Below, piece by piece: positions 57,127 through 64,000 of a stretch of DNA of 64,000 bases. The stretch is from positions 193,998,001 through 194,062,000 of the forward strand of contig OZ024741.1 of assembly GCA_964016885.1 (NCBI GenBank). The letters run 5' to 3'. Position numbers and translations under genes: made by a program. The stretch comes from Eledone cirrhosa (taxonomy: Eukaryota). The notes under the pieces are model-generated. The model was given only the letters and a program-made list of their open reading frames with translations, was not told the origin of the DNA and made no database searches. Every line of letters starts with the position of its first letter. Within the stretch, counting starts at the first letter, position 1.

Positions 57127-58027
57127 ATATATAATTGAATATATAAGTGAGATAAACAGATATAAGGGACTAAGTTCGCTAGGATGAAAAAATACTAACT
57201 ATTCACAATAGTTTGCCAGACTCAATTTAAAATAATAAATCAAGAAAAGGAATACAAACCTATATTGGGCACCTGCCGGAACACTCTGACAGCTTTGGTG
57301 GCTGTTTCGCAATTTTTAGCGAAGGAAATTACTAATTCTTTGCTCATCAGTGGGTGTAAAATTAGTAATCCCTCCACTTCTAAGTATCTCAGAAGACTGT
57401 ATAGTGCGCGAATATAAAATAAGGCACATGGCATCAGAACCTAGCATGTCTCATAAACGTATGCTACTAAAAATAGCAGCCAAGTTTACACAACATTTAA
57501 AATAGCTCAACAAAGTTTGAAGGAGCCGACTATATCAAAGGTGGATATTGAGTTAGAAACTCAAAATAGTCTCTTACAATTAAATAGCTCAAAGAAAGGG
57601 GTTTTTCTGAGCCGTGTCATATAATTGAATATAAAAGAGAGATAAACACAGATATAAACATACATGTGTTCAAATTGTAAGGGACCAAGTTTGCTAGGGT
57701 GAAAAAAATATTAACTATAACAATATGGTTTGCCAGACTCAATTTAAAATAATAAATCAAGAAAAGGAATACAAACCTATATTGGGCAACTGCCTGAACA
57801 CCCAGACAGCTTATGGTAGGCTGTTTCGCAATTTTAGCGAAGGAAATTACCAATTCTTTGCTCATCAGTGGGTGTAAAATTAGTAATCCCTCCACTTCTA
57901 AGTATCTCAGATTTGAACACATGTATGTTTATATCTTTTATATTCAATTATATTACACGGCTCAGAAAAACCTCTTTCTTTGAACTATTTAATTGTAAGA
58001 GTTTCTAACTCAATATATATCTTTGAT
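57127..58027 (-). mobile_element. Non-coding hammerhead element (family D): 1.5-mer tandem plus a terminal inversion
   Basis: Direct repeats 57127-57392 / 57619-57911 (core-to-core spacing 518). 57913-58027 is the reverse complement of 57531-57674. Confidence 0.88.
57798..57875 (-). ncRNA. Canonical type I hammerhead ribozyme
   Basis: ACACCCA CUGAUGA GCAA..UUGC GAAACAGC cuaccauaa GCUGUC UGGGUGU. All three stems pair perfectly and the cleavage triplet is GUC. Confidence 0.9.
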
Positions 58028-58099
58028 ATGTATATATATATCCATCTAACCCATGCAAGTGTGGAAGATAGACGTTAATGATGATGATGATATATATAT

Positions 58100-58340
58100 A
58101 TATATATAACAGAGGATGTCTGTCTGCCTGTGTAAATCCCTAAAACTCGAGAAGTACCCGACCGATTTTTTTTTCAAATTTTACACATGCGTTACTTATA
58201 TTTCTTGAAGTGCAATAGACTAAAATTTAACTTTTTTCGCATTAGGCGGAAAACTGCATTTTTAAGGCATTTATATTTAAATTGAGGCGTAACTTTAAGA
58301 ATCCAGCCGATTTCTTCGAAATTTGCAGCACACATTAGTT
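58100..58340 (+). mobile_element. Helitron-like non-autonomous 5' region
   Basis: ataacagaggatgtctgtctg..ccgaccgattt..caaattttacaca. No 3' end was found. Confidence 0.45.
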
Positions 58341-60189
58341 AGTCCCCTCGCATTGCTGTTTTTTCTGATTCCATTAATGGTTTTTAGGAAATTTACGAAT
58401 TAGCATTGGGCATTACATACCATTTTCATTTCCAATATAAACGCTACTTAAACATTGTAAGTAGCATTTAATATTTCGTTAAAATTTTGGTTTATTTAAC
58501 AGAGGACACAACACTTACTATTAAGCAGAACCATTTTCGGGGATTGAGAACCTTAAAATTTGTCGGCGCCCTGTTGACGCTTCGTGCTTTCATCACGCGC
58601 AAATCCGGGCCCTGTGTACGTTGCCGTATTATTGACACCATGAAACTCACGTCTGTGCTACTTCTAAGACCCCTTTTGTGGCACCTACACCGCAGTATGA
58701 ACGCCCTGCACAAGTACGTCGAACAGCGGTTTTGCTAATTCCACGGTGACCACTTTTGTTGCACCTGTTTCTGTGTAAATGCAGTGCAACCAGTGCCGCC
58801 GAGCATTTGTGCTAATTGCACTATGACCCCCTTCTGCTGCAGCTGCGGTGCCACGCTGATTTCGCTATCTCAATATCCCTATTTAAACATACATCTCTAC
58901 TTGGTTTTCACACAATTGACTGTCACTCCTTCAGACCGACGTGTTCCCCATCCGTGACGTAACGCAACCAAAGTCCTTTTAAGGGCTGTCGGTGAACGCT
59001 TGGTCCTTTTTATTTCTGTGTGTCCCTTACATAATAGTTCATTATTTCTTCTATAATAAACATTTCTTACATAAATACAAGATCAGAAATCTAAGAGGAG
59101 TAGTTAGTGATAAATCAACTCCAGTACATCACTGGTACTATAATAAACATTTCTTACAGATGTCTATGGTCAGAAATTTGAGGTGTGGTTTGTCATAAAT
59201 CAACTCCATTATATCAACCCTCAGAAGAATGAAAGGCAAAGTTGTCCTTAACAGGATGTGAACTTAAAACAAACCAGAACAAATATAGCAATGCACCAAG
59301 TCTGCCAAGGTCCTCTACAATCATCATTTCTAACTTGGACATAATGCAGTAAATTTTAGAGACGTGATTTAATGTTATCCCAGAAGATGACGAACTAAAT
59401 TCCAAGCTCATTTTTTAAAGAGAAACAGAATGAATACTAGACACCTCTAGAAGATATTGTATAAAAGCCAAATCAGCACTACCAATCCTGTTATTCATTG
59501 TCTCTAACAAACCCAACCAAGGTTTTTCTCTGCTTTTTTAATCCACTGAGTTGATAGGTTGTTGGATTAAATGTCTCTGTATTTCTTCCAGTTCACTGTG
59601 ATCTGAGTTGAAATCCTGCTGAGGTTGATAAAGTACTAGTCCAGTACTGGGGTTGTTTCTTTCTCTAGAAGAAATTGTCTGTGTTCCAACCTAGAGAGGA
59701 ATGAGTTCTTTCAGGTTTAAAATGCCCAAGACATGCTGTGTGTCAATGTGGAACCCCTATGACTCCATCACGAGGGCCCTTACTTATGATGGTGGTGGAT
59801 ATAATATTAGAAAGACATTGTTGAAGAGGACTATTAAAGTTAATGAAATATTGGTATCAAAAATACTAACGTATCATTTTGGAAAGAGTGTGTGTAGTTA
59901 ATGTATTTAACTTAATCTAAGGTGGTTCATAAAATTGGTTGGATAAAATGTCATTGTAGTATTAGTTCTGATTCTTAACATTCTGAGTTCAAATCCTGCC
60001 ATGGTTAACTTCACTTTTCATCCTACTGGAGTTGATAAAATAAAGTGAGGTTGATGTAATTGAATCTCCCTATATTTGCTAGCCTTGCACCTGAACTGGA
60101 AGTCAATGTATTTAACCTAATCAACTATTACTCTATATTTTCTATCACCTTAAAAAAAGCAACCTATTCAATGGTCTTTTATTTTGCAG

Positions 60190-60347
60190 GCAAATTAACC
60201 AGTCTCTTTGTAGAACATGATAGTCCAGGATTTCAATCTGGATGGCGTCTAGACCGTATTGAGGTAATCAATAAAACTACACAGGATTAATCAATATTTC
60301 CGTGTGAAAACTGGAGCAACATCAATATATTTAAAGCCACAGAATAA
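60190..60347 (+). pseudogene. PLAT/LH2-domain exon (LOXHD1/PKD-like) with an in-frame stop
   Basis: ttttgcag| GKLTSLFVEHDSPGFQSGWRLDRIEVINKTTQD*SIFPCENW fits the PLAT consensus G.L..I...HD..G...GW.LD.I.V..FPC..W. Confidence 0.7.
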
Positions 60348-61039
60348 TTAGCAAGTGTTGAAAATAAGACAGAACAGCAGAGCAACTGCGATATATTTTG
60401 AACCAGATTTATACAATTACAGAACAATGAACAAATGTTGAAATGTGCAGTAAAATAAAATATTCAAGCTATATTATATTTCATGTAATTTGTTTTGTTT
60501 TCTAAATAGATTTAGAAAAACCTTTGAATAAATGCTCAATCTGTTGATACAGCTTCTGTACTTTATCTAAAAGCTAAATCCTTAAAAATTTCAGAAATTA
60601 GGGAATGTTAAAGAAAGAATTCATGATTCCACCAGTCTTTCTTGTTTAAAGATATATAACTTCCATGAAATCTGCTTATCTGGTTGTGTGTAATATCAAA
60701 GGGAAGATGACTCTTGTAACAATTTGTAACTCCTTTTTTTCCTTTGTGATTATTTAATATGATTATTTCCCTTAGTATTTGACACTACTACCCAATGCAA
60801 AATAATGAAAATAAATAATTTTTTAACATGACCGTACAAAAACTGCTCAAAGTTTATAAATTAAGATAAAAGCATGACATTTTCAGTGAAGATTCCAAAC
60901 AATTTTTAAAAGATATTGCAAAACGATTTCATTGAATTTACAGATTAAATAAAATAAACAATTGTATATAAAATGTAAATCATTTTCTGTATCAACATAT
61001 ACATACCTTTTAAAGGCCTTGAAACAGTTAATACATTGC

Positions 61040-62270
61040 TCAGTCTGTTTTGGGGTTCATTTTAATATTTTGTTTGAAACATTGTTTGCAAGTTTTCTTT
61101 CTTTAAGTCTTCAGGCCAGTGCATGGTAGCCTGAACCTGGAAAACTTCTTCCAGGGACATTTCCTTGCCTTTTCTAGACAGGAGTTTATGGTTTGGGGAT
61201 TCTTTAATCAACACAAATGACGAACATATAGCCACATCAACAAAATAGAACAATCTCGACTGGTCTGCATGGTCTACTCCATTCATGTGCTCCATGTAGT
61301 CTTTTACTGCCCTTGGACAAAGCACAATGCAGTGTCCCCTGCTCTTTTGTTTTTGCCAGACACTTGTTAAATCATTGGGACTGGAATTTGTGGTCAATTG
61401 TTGCCACCATGTTCCCTTTTTTTGCCATTGTATTGTATCCCCTTATTTCCTCAATGTTGCCAAGGTAACTGCTTTTGGCATGTCTTTCCTATTTTTTCTT
61501 ATTGTGCAGCAAGCATAGGTCCCATTCTATAAAAAGTTCCTCAGAGGAGAAAAAATTATCACGATACACGTGATTTTTTCACCCCCTCCATGAGGTCCTT
61601 CACAACTTTCAAGTCCTTGTTCCATTCGATTTTGGACTTTCCCTGTTATAAACATGGAAGTCGTTTACATAGCTGCTATATGGATCAGCCCGCATCTACA
61701 TTTTTATCCCATGCTTTGTAGACTTCAGTGGAAGATATTGTTTGAAAGCAATCATGACCTCATCAATCGATGTTTCAGTGTGGCTTGTACTGTGACTTTG
61801 TATCCTTTCAATAAACAGTCAAACATGGGCAAGTTTATTGTGGTCACATTCTAGCTGACATCTGAAACATGGAAATACTGGTTCAGTTTGTCCAGTCTTT
61901 CCTTTGTAATCAATTTCCTAATACGTCCTGATTAAGGACAGAAACAATTCCCATCACTATCTGAGAAGCAATATAGGCCCTCATTTCCGAAGCAGTTGTA
62001 TTTCAATATTCTTATCAGGGCCTTTCATTTCAGTGTATTTGTTTGTTTTGATCACCAGCAAATTGAACAAATCTTAAAAAAACTGATCGCTCCATTCCAA
62101 TGTGGGTTTGCTACACTTGAATTCATAGATGTCAGATTCTGATATTAAATCAATCTCTGGATAAATTCTGTTCATTTTCAATAAAAGAATCATTTTTTTT
62201 TTGTGCTTTAACTAAATCAGTTTCAGTAAAGCATTAAAAAAAAAGTTCTGTTTTCACTTCCTGATGCCAT
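61040..62270 (-). mobile_element. Decayed piggyBac transposase
   Basis: YMEHMNGVDHADQ..FYFVDVAICSSF, VDEVMIA and an acidic N-terminus. Many lesions. Confidence 0.8.
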
Positions 62271-62362
62271 ATTTGTTGATTAAACGTGTTGCTCACTCAC
62301 TTTCTCAAAAAGAGAGTGATTATTTGCAACCTGCCCTTATATAAAAAGATTATCTGATTGGT

Positions 62363-64000
62363 TTAACCCTTTAGCATTCACATTATTTTGAGTTAATCAT
62401 ACACAAGAGGGTTATCAATTTTATTTGTTTGTAATTTTCTATGTGCAGACTTGAAATTTTGTCAGATTTGACTTTTATGGGCAGGTGAAATTAATTAACA
62501 GGTGTAAAAGTAATGACTTTATCTGACTTACCTGCTGGACTTGTTACAAAAAATATCCAACAATGACCTAAATGTTGACTTCCAAACAGGTGAATTAATT
62601 TAAAATGCAGGTATAATCAGTACACAGTTTTAGTCTGTCTCTACATTCCATGCAAGTATTTTCATTGAAAAAAATGTATAAAACCTTTTCACCAGTCAAA
62701 ATAATATTGGCAATGTACTCAGTAGATTTTAAAAGAATGTGCTAAATATTTAAGTTCATTAACAGGTGTAAAATGCAGGTGTTTTTGTATCTAATGTGTT
62801 CCAATATTTTTTTCAATATTGTCATGATATTGGCCGTTACATATTGGCACTTTGCAAAAGGAACACATAAACGAGGTTTCAATTCCATAACCTTTAGTAG
62901 TTTTTCTCTTTTGCAAAGAACACATTCGGCAAACCTTCTTCCTCCACGTTATGAAAATCAATATTTTCTTTGTTCACCTCAGATAATTTTGACCTTCTCC
63001 CAGCTTTGTGTTTCCGAGAAGTATATCCTCCACATAGCTGAGATGCGACATCTGCACAAAATTTCATGTGGCAGTAGTCCTTTGGTGGTGGCGGATCCCT
63101 GTGGCTTTTAGTGAATACAATAAAAGAATTTACAATAGTTAAATTCACTAAAAACCACAATATATCTCCACCATTTCTTCCCAGGGCGTCCAACTGGGTA
63201 GTAGGCACAATACTGGTCAGATTTGTTAACCCCCGCCCATATATTTATTATCAGAGAGGTTGACTAAAGGTTTACCTTCAGCCCCAACTCCTGGTTGTTG
63301 GTTAAAAGATAGGAACAAAATTTGCCATTTGTCTTTGTACAATGTGTGGCTAACATGTTCCTTTTTTGCACTTGGAGAATGTCACCTCTCTTTTAAAATT
63401 TTGTGACTTTTATTTCTTGGAGTAGCCCTTTGCAATTCCCCATTATTGTACCGCAGGTGTACGTATTTACGAGGGCAAGATCCTCTGCTAGAAGCACTGA
63501 AAAAAAAAAACGGTCAAAATATGTGTCTATGTTGAGAGTGAAAGGGTTTGGTCAGACTACACAACATTGTATCCCAATCCATTTTTTCTCCGTTGTGTTT
63601 CTTTCCTGTGTAAACATCAAAGTTTGTACAGTAGCCTGTGTCCAATTCACAGAGTTCCCACACCTTGATGCCCCATTTAGTGGGTTTAGCTGGCATGTAT
63701 TATTTTAAATGTACTCTACCCTTATACCTAATGATAGCTTCATCAACACTAAGATTTTTCCCAGGTATCTATACTGTTTTAAATTTTTCAGATAGCATTT
63801 TAATTACTGGTCAAACTTTATACAGAGGGTCATAATTCAAATCATTTCTACTGGGGGCATTTGAAGTATCAACCAGGTGCAAATATTGGTTTAATTTTGA
63901 ATACCTTGTTTTTGCCATAATGCTTGATATATAAGGGTCACTAAACCTTATATCAGGGCTCCAGTAATTCCACAGTCTTGGAAATTGTTTTATACCAAAC
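62363..64000 (-). mobile_element. piggyBac element, 3' part (runs off the window)
   Basis: YMPAKPTKWGIKVWELC..TGY, DEAII and MWAGVNKSD-like motifs. TTAA|CCCTTTAGCATT terminus at 62363-62378. Confidence 0.85.

Noticed and set aside
58487-58990. GC-richer stretch with short ORFs
   Set aside because: No recognisable protein motif or splice pattern; probably the interior of the Helitron-like element.

Overview
AT-rich, repeat-dominated animal genomic DNA. The SINE, LINE and microsatellite repertoire suggests a cephalopod (octopus-like) genome; that is an inference. There is no prokaryotic content. Host sequence consists of five in-frame 3' exons of an unidentified spliced gene (11360-25952, +) and one PLAT/LH2-domain exon with a premature stop (~60190). 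The rest is mobile DNA: RTE, RTE-X-like and CR1 LINE fragments, two tRNA-derived SINE families (one shares a 40-nt 3' tail with the RTE), at least seven Penelope-like (RT/GIY-YIG) fragments, MITEs, a non-autonomous Helitron, two decayed piggyBacs, a 2.7-kb 19-bp minisatellite and long (TA)n-rich tracts. The most striking signal is more than a dozen type I hammerhead-ribozyme motifs. Some lie at Penelope 3' ends. Others lie in several unrelated NON-CODING elements (monomers of about 520 nt where measurable) that sit in (TA)n as partial tandem repeats or fold-backs, consistent with retrozyme-like non-autonomous Penelope partners. All alignments and folds were done by eye.
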